This document shows, in pieces, positions 26,640 through 39,917 of a stretch of DNA of 64,000 nt. A program made the translations under genes and the position numbers. Source of the stretch: Octopus vulgaris (lineage: Eukaryota); contig OX597818.1 in assembly GCA_951406725.2 (NCBI GenBank), positions 30,318,001-30,382,000 on the forward strand, written 5' to 3'. Position 1 is the first letter of the stretch; the number at the start of each line of letters is the position of its first letter. The notes beneath the pieces were generated by a model, which was given only the letters and a program-made list of their open reading frames with translations, had not been told where the DNA came from and ran no database searches.

Positions 26640-28038
26640 TATTCTAACACTCAGTTTCATGGACGAGTCATCTCTAGAATCTCATATTGTCAAACATCTC
26701 GGTCCACTGTAATTTTCTTTATTAACCCCAACATCCTAAGTTCATTCCTCACCACTTCATCCCATGTCTTCCTGGGTCTTCTTCTTCCACAAGTACCATC
26801 CACTTTCAGTGACAGGCACTTCTGTATACAGCTGTCTTCACTCATATATATCACATGTACAAATCAGTTCATTCTCCTCTCCTGCATACTATGTTTAATC
26901 CCTCTTGTGCCTAACTTTTCTCTCAACACTGTCGTATTCTGTTAGTCATGCACACTGACATTGCAAAGCCAACAGAGAATACTACCTTCATTTCTCTCCA
27001 GCCTACACATGCCCTCCACAATCAGTGTCCATGTCTCACTACCATGTAACATAGCCATTCTCACACAAGCATCACACAATCTACCTTTCACTCTGAGAGA
27101 GAGTCCTTTTGCTGCCAATAGAGGTAGCAGTTCTCTGAACTTCCTCCATCTTATTCTTAAGAATACTTTCAGAGAATTCACCACTGTTACTAATTTGGTC
27201 ACCTAAATAGCAGAAACTACCTCAAGAGAGTCTCCTGGGCATTTGAGAGAGTTTAAGTCCCTCATGCTCTTAGTACTTACTGTTCCTGAACATCTGCCAC
27301 ACATGAAAGCAACCTTATCTGATAACTTTCCTATGAGTCCACTGTGTCTTTTATGTGTCTATAGCTTACACTTGGTGCAGCAAATGGAGTTACACCCCAT
27401 GCCTTTTCTACATATTGAACAGGGCCATTTATCAGCTGGAATGAGAGAATTATCTCTTCTTGCACTAACAACTTTAGTCTTAGCTAAGTTAACATTAAAG
27501 ATCTTTGGTTCCGGGTTTTGCTTCCAAACCTGGAACTTCTTTTCCAATTCTGCTTCAGAGTTTGCAATAAGAGCAAGATCATCAGCATATAGTAGTTTCC
27601 ATGGGTATCCAGTTTTGAATTTGTCTGTTATGGCCTGGAGAACTCTGATGAATAAGAGTGGAATAAGAACTGATCCCTGGTGTATTCTAACTTGTATGTT
27701 AAATTCATCACTGTTTTCAAGGCCAACTCTCACCTTACTGCCAACATCGCTGTACATGGCTTGAACTACTCTAACAAGCCATTCTTATACTCCTAGCTTC
27801 CTTAGAGACCACCAGATAAGAGAGTAGGGGACCCTGTCGAAAGCTTTCTCCAGATCAATGAAGGCACAATGGCTTACTTTTGGCCAAATACTTTTCTTGC
27901 AACTGTCTCACTATGAAGATGGCATCTGTGGTACTTATCCAGGAACAAGACCAAACTGCATCTCATCTAGTTTAATTCTATCCCTAATTAGTTGAGATAT
28001 GACTCTCTCTCTGTAATTTTCATGACCTGATCCAGCAA
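26640..28038 (-). mobile_element. RTE-clade LINE reverse transcriptase fragment
   Basis: IDLEKAFDRVP, IHQGSVLIPLLF, LLYADDLALIA, VNLAKTKV, WPCSICRKG and MLHGSETW; frameshifted. Confidence 0.92.
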
Positions 28039-28118
28039 TTTGATACATATACATACATACATACATACACACACACACATATATATATATATATGTGTGT
28101 GTGTGTGTATGTGTGTGT

Positions 28119-28419
28119 GGAGGCGCAATGGCCCAGTGGTTAGGGCAGCGGACTCGCGGTCGCAGGATCGCGGTTTCAATTCCAAGACCGGGTGTTGTGA
28201 GTGTTTATTGAGCGAAAACACCTAAAAGCTTCACAACGCTCCGGCAGGGGGTGGTGATCCCTGCTGTACTCTTTCACCACTCTTTCTCCCACTCTTTCTT
28301 CTGTTGGCCTGCTCGCTTAGCCAGCGGGGTGGCGTCATTCGAAGGCTAAAACAATGCAAACGCATTGTGACCAGCGATGTGTAACAACATCTGATGGTCT
28401 GGTCGGTCACGTGATCTCG

Positions 28420-28420
<1 letters not shown>
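28119..28420 (+). mobile_element. tRNA-derived SINE, young (CpG-rich)
   Basis: A box TGGCCCAGTGG, B box GGTTTCAATTCC and a tRNA-like head; inserted between (TG)n and (TA)n. Confidence 0.85.
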
Positions 28421-28458
<38 letters not shown>

Positions 28459-28539
28459 CAACTATATGAAAGTATTATTACTGTTAAAAACTAATAATGA
28501 GGAGGTTAGCAAGACTTCTACCTTAATAGGTATAATATT

Positions 28540-28880
28540 AAATATTTGAATAAAAGAAGGGTAAAAATACCATTTGCCAAAGATGAAAGCAAAAGCTTCA
28601 AAACCCATGACTTGAGTCATGCAGGCCTGGTCAACCATCAGAGAATTCACAGGAATCAACCCCTTGTAAATTGTCATGTGGCTATTGTTCACAACAGAAT
28701 ATGTGCAACCTGTGGAAAGGTGTGCCTTTCAGTTGGAGATTTGAAAAGGCTTGTCAAAAGACTTCATACTGGGGCACCTGTTCTTTCTGTCAGCCAGCAC
28801 AGGTGTGTGCATTATGTAATAAAATGTGTATATCTTTGTCTGGGCTCAAGAGTCATACAAAGGCCTCACATTGCATCATC
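28540..28880 (+). pseudogene. Three degenerate C2H2 zinc fingers, probably the C-terminus of an RTE-type LINE ORF
   Basis: HAGLVNHQRIH, CATCGKVCLSVGDLKRLVKRLH and (frameshifted) CALCNKMCISLSGLKSHTKASH; no TGEKP linkers. Confidence 0.6.
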
Positions 28881-28970
28881 AATGATTCTTTCTAGCAATA
28901 GTTTTGCTCATATATGAGAAAGCAGCTACTATGTATGTGTGTATATATGTATATATATGTGTGTGTATGC

Positions 28971-29011
<41 letters not shown>

Positions 29012-29189
29012 AATGTAGGACGCCCGACAGACTGGTCAGTCAAGGTGATATACATATATATATATGGAGTCTGGTGCTGCCATCTGGTTCGCCAGTCCTC
29101 AGTCAAATTGTCCAAACTATGCTAGCATGGAAAGCAGACATTAAACGATGATGAGGATGATGATATATATTTATTAATAAAATTATAAT

Positions 29190-29650
29190 TATTAGGGAAT
29201 ATTATTTCTGAGTACACAGGAAAAAGACATTCAAATTAGATGTACTAAAATGAACATCTCTCAATGTTTAATTTGTATATATAAAATTAGTTTTAGAGAC
29301 AGAACCACTTTCAACTCAATCAACACTGAAAGATTTTACACCCAACCACTCAATAAATATAGATATAGAGTATCATGGAGGTATATAAGAAGTAGGGGTA
29401 GTGAAAAATGTTGAGGAATCCAGACCTGAAATTGGAAGTATGTCGACCCGATTAAGTATTGAAACTAGATACCTCGTATCTAATCAATACCGATGTACTT
29501 TCATGTAACACATGTAGTCATATAAATGGTAAATATGGGATTCAGAATTGATATAGTTAGTATATGATTTAATATTTAACATTTTATTGAGTGGTCGGGT
29601 ATAAAATCTTTCAGTGTTGATTGAGTTGAAGGTGGTTCTGTCTCTAAAAT
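29190..29650. repeat. TA-flanked insert with ~67-bp inverted repeat, Penelope-terminus-like
   Basis: 29291-29357 versus 29583-29650 are reverse complements. Its left end (AGGGAATATTATT..ACAGG.AAAA..TTCAA) resembles inserts at 2132 and 22002. Confidence 0.75.
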
Positions 29651-29654
29651 TACT

Positions 29655-29716
<62 letters not shown>

Positions 29717-29744
29717 TATATATATATGTATGTATGTATGTATA

Positions 29745-30516
29745 CAGGGTGTGGTGAATCTAAATTACGCAAAAATGAAAATGATACTGACATCTCATTT
29801 TACCAAAATTACATAAAATATCTTCAAATGCTAAAGAGTAAATTTATTCAATAAAATTGCCATTGACTTCAATCACAGCCTCCAGACGACTTTGGAATCT
29901 CCTGCAACTCTTCTGGACGGTCTCTTTGTTTAAGTTGGTGAATGCTGCAATAATCCTTGCCTTCAGTTCACCTTTGGTGTTACGAGGAACTTTGTTGGTC
30001 TCTCACTCAACTGCCTCCCACACATAATAATCAAGAGGGTTGCAGTCTGGGGAATTAGGTGGCCAGATGTTAGGGGTAATGTGATCACAGAAATTGCCTG
30101 ACAGCCATGACTGGGTTCTCCTACTTGTGTGTCATGATGCAGAGTCCTGTTGCCAGACATAGGGTCTTTCAGCAGTCACCTTCTTGATCTAGGGCAGCAC
30201 TACCTCCTCCAGGCACTTGACATAGGCCACTTTGTTGGGTCTGAGGCCATGTGGGAAGATTAATGGAGGCATAATGTCTCCATCACTAGTGATTACTCCG
30301 AATACCATGATGTTGACTGAATATTTGATTTTCATCACTCTTGGTACATGTTTTGGGGACATGGAAAGCCAATGATTGTCTTATGTGTTCACCATCTGTT
30401 TGTATTGGAGCCCAACTGACCCTACTATACTGTGTAGTTGATAAAATCAGAAACAAACAATGTACATGCATGAAATTAAAATTATAAAATGGCAACAATT
30501 TACCCGTCACACCCTG
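29745..30516 (-). mobile_element. maT / DD37D Tc1-mariner transposon, internally deleted
   Basis: TA-CAGGGTGTG...CACACCCTG-TA ends; WQQDSA...WPPNSPDCNPLDYYVW with 37 codons between the second and third catalytic D. Confidence 0.9.
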
Positions 30517-30520
30517 TATC

Positions 30521-30556
<36 letters not shown>

Positions 30557-30557
30557 C

Positions 30558-30614
<57 letters not shown>

Positions 30615-30771
30615 TTAAATACTATATAACATACATGTAGGACTGACACAGAAGGACCCTATATATATGTTTATATATATTTGCATGTGAGTGTCTTTAT
30701 TTATATGTATGTGTTAATATATATATATATATATATATATTGTTGTATTTTGGGATGGTCATGATGCTAAT

Positions 30772-31010
30772 ATCATCATCATTGTTTAACGTGTTTTCCA
30801 TGCTGGTATGGGTTGGATGGTTTGACAGGATTTGGCCTGCTGGGGAGCTGTTCAGGCTCCCAGGCTCCATTTATCTGTTGTGGCATGATTTCTGCAGCTG
30901 AATGCTCTTGTTTATGCCAACCACTTTACAGAGCGTGCTGGGTGCTTTTTACATGCCACCAGCATGGGTGCATTTATGCATGAGTGCATTTTACATGGTA
31001 CCACCACCTG
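30772..31010 (-). mobile_element. Repeat family B copy
   Basis: Family B signature with (CAT)n on the plus strand. Confidence 0.7.
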
Positions 31011-31411
31011 TAAAGGACAATGATCATCATCATCATTTTACATCTGCTTTTCCATGCTTGCATGGGTTGGACAGATCTTCTCTAGCACAACATCTTGCCA
31101 CTTATTACTTTCCTTTATCATCTCATTCATGCCATTCATCTTCCTGAGATTATTACCTTGCAGCTATTTACTATGTATTCAACTTAAGACAAATCTGAAC
31201 TGGTCTCTCTAATTTGCATAATAGTGCATTAAAAGTAAAATTTATATTGCACTGCGCACTGTTTTTAAGATAATTTGAAATCTCAGGTAAACCTTTTTAA
31301 TAAGCAGACAATTTAATCTTACCGTAAAGAGTAAGCAACATGACTACCATTCTCTGTTCCTATACTGTTGTGAAAATTAGACAGACCAATTCTGCTCTGT
31401 TTCAGTTTGTA

Positions 31412-31639
31412 TACTCTCTTTTACTCTTTCACTTGTTTCAGTCATTTGAATGTGGCCATGCTGGAGCACCGCCTTTTAGTCGAGCAAATCAACCCCAGGA
31501 CTTATTCTTTGTAAGCCTAGTACTTATTCTATTGTTCTCTTTTGCCAAACTGCTGGTGTGTTATGGGGACATAAACACACCAGCATTGGTTGTCAAGCGA
31601 TGTTGGGAGAAAAAACACAGACACACAAACATATACACT

Positions 31640-31685
<46 letters not shown>

Positions 31686-31850
31686 TACGACAGGCTTCTT
31701 TCAGTTTCTGTCTACCAAATCCACTCACAAGGCTTTCGTCGGTCCAAGGCTATAGTAGAAGACACTTGCCCAAGGTGCCACGCAGTGAGTCTGAACCTGG
31801 AACCATGTGGTTGGCAAGCAAGCTACTTACCACATAGCCACTCCTACGCC
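31412..31850 (-). mobile_element. SINE family A (tRNA-like head, CORE-like GGCACCTTGGGCAAGTG, internal microsatellite)
   Basis: Full-length reverse copy of 32478-32864. Confidence 0.88.
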
Positions 31851-32264
31851 TTTATAAATAATTATAAACTAAAACTTTGTCTGTAGATAGATGTGTATTC
31901 TTTCTTTGATAAAGGTCTTGGCATGACGGTAGTCAGACTGATCTATGTTTTCTGCACACTGAGAGATAAATTGTGTGGTGTAACCACTTTGTTTACTTTT
32001 CACACTGAAGATGAATTGTATCTTCTGTTAAAATGTATACTAGACATTACAAATCTCACGGAAGAAGTGTGTAGGGCAACATCAACTAAAATGTGTGTGT
32101 GTGTGTGCATGTGTATGCATATATCATAATGTAAGAATAAAATGTATCAAAATATATTTTAGAGTGCAAACATTATCTATCTGTCTGTCTGATTGTCTAT
32201 CTGTGTGTGTGTGTTCTTGCTCTTGTTATATCCAATCTTTAATTTAGTTCAAATATATTTAATG

Positions 32265-32436
32265 GGATAAGTTGATTACATCGGCCTCAGTGCTTAGGTG
32301 GTACTCATTTCATCAACCCTGAAAGACTGAAAGACAATGTCAGCCTTGATGGAATTTGAACTCAGAATGTGAAGACGGACGAAATGCTGTCAAGCATTTT
32401 GCCTGGCATGCTAACAATTCTGTCAGCTCACCACCT

Positions 32437-32437
<1 letters not shown>
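32265..32437 (-). mobile_element. SINE family C copy
   Basis: Reverse complement of the family C head and central domain. Confidence 0.75.
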
Positions 32438-32470
<33 letters not shown>

Positions 32471-32477
32471 TATTATA

Positions 32478-32627
32478 GGCGCAGGAGTGGCTGTGTGGGA
32501 AGTAGCTTGCTTACCAACCACATGTGTGGCACCTTGGGCAAGTGTCTTCTACTATAGCCTCAGGCCGACCAAAGCCTTGTGAGTGGATCTGGTAGACGAA
32601 AATTGAAAAAAGCCCGTCATATATATG

Positions 32628-32660
<33 letters not shown>

Positions 32661-32864
32661 TTATGTGTCTGTGTTTGTCCTCCCAACATCGCTTGACAAC
32701 CGATGCTGGTATGTTTACATTCCCGTAACTTAGCGCTTCAGCAAAAGAGATTGATAGAATAAGTACTAGGCTTACAAAGAATAAGTCCTGGGTGTTGATT
32801 TGCTCGACTAAAGGTGGTGCTCCAGCATGGCCGCACTCAAATGACTGAAACAAGTAAAAGAGTA
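32478..32864 (+). mobile_element. SINE family A copy
   Basis: GGCGCAGGAGTGGCTGTGTGG...GACTGAAACAAGTAAAAGAGTA; the B-box region is deleted. Confidence 0.88.
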
Positions 32865-32896
32865 TATTTTGTTCCAAATCCATTTTTGTATGTTTT

Positions 32897-33240
32897 ATCA
32901 TCATCATCATCATCATCATCATCGTTTAACATCCATATTCCATGATGGCATGAATTGAATGGTTCAACAGAATCAGACAAGTGAAAGGGCTGCTTTGACC
33001 TTCAATATCTATTTTGGCGTGTTTCTGTGATGGGATGCCCTTCCTGGCACCAGCGACTTTACAGAGTATACTGGGTACTTTTTCATGTCACCTGCACCAA
33101 TGAGGTTGCCAAGTAGCTCACAAGACAAGACCACTTAATTGTGAAAGACAGCTATATGCTATGTTTTTATTGTCAAATGTATGATAGAGAGATAGGAACA
33201 GGTGTCTTGCTGTAGAGGACATACATGGCTACCTCAGCTG
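32897..33240 (-). mobile_element. Repeat family B copy, diverged
   Basis: (CAT)n CGTTTAAC and GGATGCCCTTCC motifs. Confidence 0.65.
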
Positions 33241-36200
33241 GAAAAGCAGTGAAGAAGAAGATAGGGTGGTCATGTGTCTGGACTTACCCTTAAGGTACAA
33301 GATAACATGGCCTTACCCTTAAGGTACAAGAGAACATGAGGGGGTGGAAAGAGAAGAACAGGTGATGGGAATGGGGAGAGGAATAGATGAAGTGATTGGG
33401 AGAGGATTAGCAATTGCTTATAAATTTGTCTATATCTTCCAACAAAAGACAGTAAAATATATTTATTCCCTCTCTTTACTCAGTTTTTATTCCCAAAAAT
33501 TTCCTTTCCTAAATTTTTCTTGAATATTTATTTTTCCGTCATTTAATTTTGTATTTTATGTAAGTAATACTTTTGTTACTTTAGTTGTTATTATTTAGAT
33601 ACAGATCAACCTTGACTGATTGGAATCATAACCAATTACATTCCAGCCTTGATTCACTAGATTCCATAACCAAAACCACTCCAGCCATGACCATTCTCCC
33701 TTTTTTCTTTTTAAGAGCACAGTGTATTGAGGACTAGATTATCTAATGTGTCCATCTTTATTTATTGAACATGGTAGAGTAATATATGCAGTAGAGTTCT
33801 CTGCTATTTCTAACAGATCAAGCAATCGTGTAACCAACCACTATGTTGTGACACATAAGTATGCCATATATGTTGCAAACATGTGCCATATATGGCCCAC
33901 AATGTGCCACAATTTTTTAAGGCAATTTGTAAAATAGTGGAATATTCAAGAAACTTGTTCTAATGCACTGCACCATTGAATCTGTACTTCTATATAGCAA
34001 AGCGCAGTACATGCACCAATCTCTGTTTTGAGGCAATTTAAATATTCTTTCTTTTTTTTTTTCATAAAATTTTAAAGAGCTGATGGTGTGACAACATTTG
34101 CAGAACCTTACTCAGTGTACAATGAGTAAAAAAATTGGTTGAAAATAGTTAAGATTGCTATTTTTGTTGTTATTGTTGGTTATTATTACTTTGTTAGTTG
34201 TTTTTCTGCAATTTCCTTCCATCTGATCCACTGAGTCTACCTATATTTAACAATAGAAGCCAGTTTTCTATTGTGTAGTATTGGTGAATGGTTAAGTATT
34301 TTTGTTTTCTTTTTTCTTTACTTTTCAAATTTCTCTGTGCTACAAATATTTTAAGTTGTGCATAAAGAAAAATCAAGTAAGTGATTGAAAAAAAAAAACT
34401 ATCTCCCTCCCCTCAGAAAATAAAAGCTGCATCTTTATTTTATCCAAAATACCAATTTAAAAAGAACCAGAACAGTAAAACAAAAATCTGGTTTCAATAT
34501 TTTTTTTAATATGTCTTTTAAATCCCTCTTCATTTTAAGTTGATCTATTCAGATTGGCAGTGCCATTTGTGAGAAGTTAAACTGTATTGTATTTGATGTC
34601 AAGAATAAATTTGTATGTTTGCATGTGTTTGTATATCTGTGTGCAAATATTCATAAAAAAGTTAATTCTATAATTCATTAAATATTATTGGATTTGTTTT
34701 TTTTTTTGAAGAATTATAGTGTGCTTTAAGTACATGAAAAATAGCTTTTTCTTTCCTTTTTTCTTTTTTTCTTTTTGCTGCATTTGTATCAAGAGAAATT
34801 TGGAATTATTTTTGTCTAACATTATTGATTCCTCTTTGTTGTTTATCAATAAAAAAAGAAATTAATGATTGTTATAGAATTGGATTTATTTGCTTGACTT
34901 GTTAGTTTCAAAACCCAGAGGATCAATAGCTAGTGATCCAAAAATCAAATATTTTCACAAAGTACTTTAAAGGTCATGTTGAATATGTAAGTTGTCACCT
35001 AGATGTAATATGTTGGCTAGCTTTGCAGGCAGAAAACCTGAAATATTACCTATAGAAATGAAACTTCTATATTTTCCCTTGAATTAATGAGTTTCACTTG
35101 ATTTCAATTGATTAATGACTTTAACTTGGACTGGAAACATTAAAATATTTGTATAAGAAAAATCCTATGTCAAATATGACACGTTTAAATTAAATGAATT
35201 ATCGAAGCTTAGATAACATGTTACACCTTGGTGATTGATCGTAACTAGTTACAACTGGTTACTATAACAAAGTTAGGGCCAAGAAAAACAGAAAGCAGGT
35301 GATTATATCTACCAAAAAAAGAATGAAAAAAAATAGTCTAAGAAAACTTAAACATGTTGGTATTACAAGAGAAAACGGTTGATAATATCAGAAGCTTTGT
35401 CTTTTTGAAGCTACCATAAGTTTGATGAACATAACACAGAAATATATAATGAGTGAGAGGTTAATCAGCTCAGAGAGAATTTAAATAGCAAGACACATAT
35501 TTAAACCTCATTTATTGATACAAACATTTAAAACAAATTTTACAACTGGTGTTGGTATGTTTATATCCCCATACCTTAGTAGGTCAGCAAAAGAGACCAA
35601 TAGAATAAGTCCTGGGGTTGATTTCTTTGACTAAAACCCTTCAAGGTGATACTCCAGCATGGCCGCAGTCAAATGACTGAAACAAGTAAAAGGGTAAAGA
35701 TTATTTTCTTTGGTTTTGTAAAACAGTTATCATCATCTTCATTTTACATCTGCTCTTTCGTGTTGGCATGGGTTGGATGGTTTTTCTGAGGCAGTGACAC
35801 AGTTGGATGCCCTTCCTGTTACCAATGCTTCTTATGAGAAGCAGAAATATGGTATACTTATTCTAAAACTTGGATACAAATAGTTTTGTAAGACAGTAAT
35901 GGAATATATATGAGTTGGACATTGTCATAGGTACTGATATTTGGGGAACCTTAACACAGATTGATGGTTAAGCCTTAATGATTGAGAGCTGATTGTTATT
36001 TAAACCTTAAACAGTTGCAACATGAGCCTAAATTTATTCTTAAAAGCAAGATACTTATTTTTGATTAGAAAAGGAAACAAGCACTTTTTTTTGTCTAGTA
36101 TCATAAAAAGTTTGATGGGCAGTTATGTTGAAGATTTTCTCCAATGGTAAAAATGTTCTTTTGTGATATGTTTTTCCTTCTTATTTAAGATTTTAGAGCT

Positions 36201-36799
36201 TCATCAATGGGTTGTTACACAACATTGAAACATTTAGCAGCTGCTTGAATAAAATTATCGTTTAATCTGAAGTCAGTGCTAATCAAGCAGATTAATGATC
36301 AAAGACATTCCAACAATGACTACTGTTTTAATATTTTTTTGTGATTTTTGTTTGTTTTTATTTTACATTATTTAATGTAACCTTCCTTTTCAAAAATAAT
36401 AGTTATTCTGTTGCTATTTCTTGAAGATTGATCAATCATGTTGAGACTTATTTTAAAGTTTTGCCTTTACTATGTAGTGGATGACTACATAGTGCATATT
36501 TTGGCAATCAGAACAGGTCTCAAACAATTTCTTATCTACTTTATTTGTATATATTTATTTAAAGGCTTTGGTCATATTCACAATGAAGATGGGCAAAATG
36601 GACTTAGCTAGCACTTAGTTGTTTTGGTTCCTCAGAATTCACTCAAGCTAATAGGTAAATTCTCATAAAATTTGAGCATATGTAGCTATTGTTGTTGGAG
36701 ATATTTTATTATGTTTGGAGAATATACATTCATCAGAACCACATAGGAGAGATAATACTTTTAAAATTCCACAGCTTTTCATGACTAGTTCATTTAGTT

Positions 36800-37010
36800 C
36801 AGTGGTTCTATACTTGCACCAAAAATGAAGCAGTGGGGGTACTTAAGGGAGCGTGTTAAAATAACACATTTCTAAGGAAGCATTGTTCTTGTTACCACTT
36901 CGAAATTTCTTGTGATGTTACCTTTTATAGTGTTGTGTTACTTCCTTATCTATGTAGGATGTGCTGGAAATAAAATACAGAGCCACAGAGACTGGGGACC
37001 AAAATCACTG
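36800..37010. mobile_element. Possible old hAT-type MITE
   Basis: CAGTGGTTCT...AAATCACTG ends followed by CTCTAGAT; the target-site duplication is not clean. Confidence 0.35.
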
Positions 37011-37494
37011 CTCTAGATATTTGAGGAGTAATTTTTGCAGTGGAATTTTAGGGTGGGTGTTGCTTAGAATTTATGAGTATTACTCATGACATACTTTTAT
37101 TATATTCATTTTTAAACTTTCTTTTGTAAGGTTCATATGTTTCATAAATATTGAACATTCACAAATTATATGGGCTATACACATTAACTTGTGTTATCTT
37201 TGTTTCTGAATTGTTCAAACTAATATTGATTTAGCCATTGTTGTTATTTTGAAGACTTTTAATCATTGATTTATTTGCAATGTTTTCAAATGTTCTTCTA
37301 AATACTATTTGACTGATCATTAGTTGTGTTGATAATAATGGTGACGATGGTGCACACACTACAAAACAAAAATCTTTGATATTCATTCTCAACTTCCAAG
37401 GTCAACATTTGGTTTTCTTTTCATATTATTATTTATTGTTGTTTTTATTTTTATTATTTTGTTATTGTCACTGCTAGTAATACTGTTATTGTGA

Positions 37495-38100
37495 GGAAAA
37501 TGCTTTGTGATATTTCTTCCAGCTTCTTACATTCTGGGTTCAAATCCTGCTGAGAAATCATTTCAGGATTGATAAAATAAATTACCAGTCAAGTATTGGG
37601 ATCAATGCTATTAAGTGCTCTCATCCCTTCAAAATTGTTGGTCTTGTACCTACATTAGAAACCGTTAGTAGTATTTGTTATTAACAAAGGATAAATTAAT
37701 GCTTATTATTGTTAAAGTGGCGAGCTGGCAGAATCATTAGCACACAAGGCAAAGTTCTTAGCAGCTTTTCACCCGTCTTTATGTTCTGAGTTCAAATCCT
37801 GTCAGGATCACTTTGCCTTTCACCCTTTTGGGACTGATAAAATAGGTACCAGTTTATCACTGGGATCGATGTAATTGACTTAACCCATACTTGCTGGTCA
37901 TGTGCCAAAATTAGAAATCAATATGCTTAGTGGCAATTTCCAGGCCTGTTACATTCTGAGTTCAAATACCACTGAGGTTAATATTGCTTTTCATCCTTAC
38001 AAGGTTGATAAAATAAAGTCAAGCATGGAGGTCAGTGTAATTGACTTACCCGCTCCCCAAACATTGCTGGCCTTGTGCCTAAATTTGAAACCATCATTAT
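37495..38100 (+). mobile_element. Cluster of three tandem SINE family C copies
   Basis: Repeated TTCTG(A/G)GTTCAAAT...GATAAAATA...ACCAG modules at ~37530, ~37785 and ~37955. Confidence 0.75.
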
Positions 38101-38562
38101 TGTTATTTGGGAGACTAAAAGTGCTGTAGATTGGTGGCAAACTTCCTAAACAAGATGAATCCATGTTCTTATTTTTATATGATTCATGATGGTAGTACTT
38201 TCACGTCACTTATTCTTTTATTTTATTCTTTTAGTTGTTTCAGTCATTTAACTGCAGCCATGCTGGAGCAAAACCTTGAAAGGATTTAAATTTTTTAAAA
38301 CCTAGTACTTATTCTTTTGGTCCCTTTTGCCAAACTGCTAAGTTATGGGGACATAAACACACCAACATCGGTTGTCATGCAATGTGGGGACAAACACAGA
38401 CACAAACAGAGATACACAGATGTACACACACACACACATATATATATATGTAATTTATTTTCAAAAGACAAAATTTTCTCTATATACAGGACACATTGAT
38501 GTGCTCAGCATATTTGAGCCATAGAAGTACAGGAAAAATAATGATGAGAGACAAAAAATAGG

Positions 38563-39129
38563 TTACTAAAATATATTCTGTTGTAAAATTATTTTGTGGA
38601 CAAAATCATGTACAAAAAATATATAGATATATATAAATACACTTAAAAATATATTAAAAATACATTAAAAATATATAGATATAAATATATAAATATATTA
38701 AGACTATATTAAGAACTTACAATATATATAGTCCTTCTTACAATAAAAACGATATTAAAATGATATACACAGAATGGGTGAAGTATAGAAAATATTGTAA
38801 ATCCATGTAGAGGTTTATAATTTGTTAAAATCCGATGGCCGTTTCTGGGGGCATTGTGGTACAAAGATGTAATAAAATGTAAGTTCTATTGATTTAATAT
38901 CACTGCCATCTTCTTCAGTGTATATAATTTTAATATCGTTTTTATTGTAAGTAGGACTATATATTGTATGTTCTTAATATATTCTTGGCATATTTATATA
39001 TTTATATCTATATATTTTGAATGTATTTTTGATATATTTTTAAGTGTATCTATATATTTATACATCTATATATTTTTAGTACATGATTTTGTGGACATAA
39101 TAATTTTACAGCAGAATATATTTTAGTAC
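38563..39129. repeat. Large AT-rich inverted repeat (~200-bp arms)
   Basis: 38563-38768 versus 38918-39129 are imperfect reverse complements. The minus strand of the spacer has CTGAAGA...GAAACGGCCATC. Confidence 0.85.
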
Positions 39130-39216
39130 AGTTCTATATTTAAGAAATGAGGAATTATGTACATCATTTACATTATTTACATTTGACGGATATTTGTCCT
39201 CATCTTGTTTGTTGTT

Positions 39217-39262
39217 AACACAACATTTCAGCTGATTTACCCTTCAGCCTTCATCAGGTGTC
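39217..39262 (-). ncRNA. Minimal type I hammerhead ribozyme motif
   Basis: GACAC-CUGAUGA-A-GGCUG-loop-CAGCU-GAAA-U-GUU-GUGUU; consistent with CpG decay of GCCGAAACGUU. Confidence 0.65.
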
Positions 39263-39871
39263 TTGAGGAAATTTCGAACCTGGGTTCTCATTCCTAAGGT
39301 ATTTTTTGATGTTATTATCATTATCATTATTATTATTATTAACCACTATGCCATATACCCACAAGCATATGGTGTGGTGGTTAAGAGCACAGGCTACTAA
39401 CCCCAATATTCTGAGTTCGATTCCAGGCATTGACCTGAATAATCATCATCATTCGTTTAACGTCCACTTTCCATGCTAGCATGGGTTGGATGATTTGACT
39501 GAGGACTGGCAAACCAGATGGCTGCACCAGGCTCCAATCTTGATCTAGCAGAATGCCCTTCCTAATGCCAAAATGCCAAAAATAATAATAATTATAATTA
39601 GTGGCTGACAATATGTGCATCTCTGATCACGAGTAGTAGTGGGGGAGCATCATAGCCATGTGTTGAAAGGGATTCTTTGGGGTTTGAATAATTCACCTCT
39701 GGTGGTTCTTTCAACATCCTTAAACAACCCTTATTCAGGGACCTTTTGAGCGGGATGGGCTACTCAACCTGAAGAAAATTCTAACTGGGCCCCACCTGCA
39801 AGGTCATGTGCTGTTTATCTTGATATGAGATCACCATGTCGTGCACATATGGTTGTGATGCATGTGCCCAA

Positions 39872-39917
39872 GACACCTGATGAAGGCTGGAAGGTATATC
39901 AGCCGAAACTCTGTGTT
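39872..39917 (+). ncRNA. Hammerhead motif, inverted partner of 39217-39262, cleavage site degenerate
   Basis: GACAC-CUGAUGA-A-GGCUG-loop-CAGCC-GAAA-CUCU-GUGUU; lies in an inverted repeat 39172-39265 / 39869-39965. Confidence 0.6.

Noticed and set aside
28119-28192. tRNA gene
   Set aside because: The tRNA-like head continues into a SINE body and the acceptor stem is not properly formed.
33279-33340. 30-bp tandem duplication
   Set aside because: Ordinary slippage duplication with no further structure.
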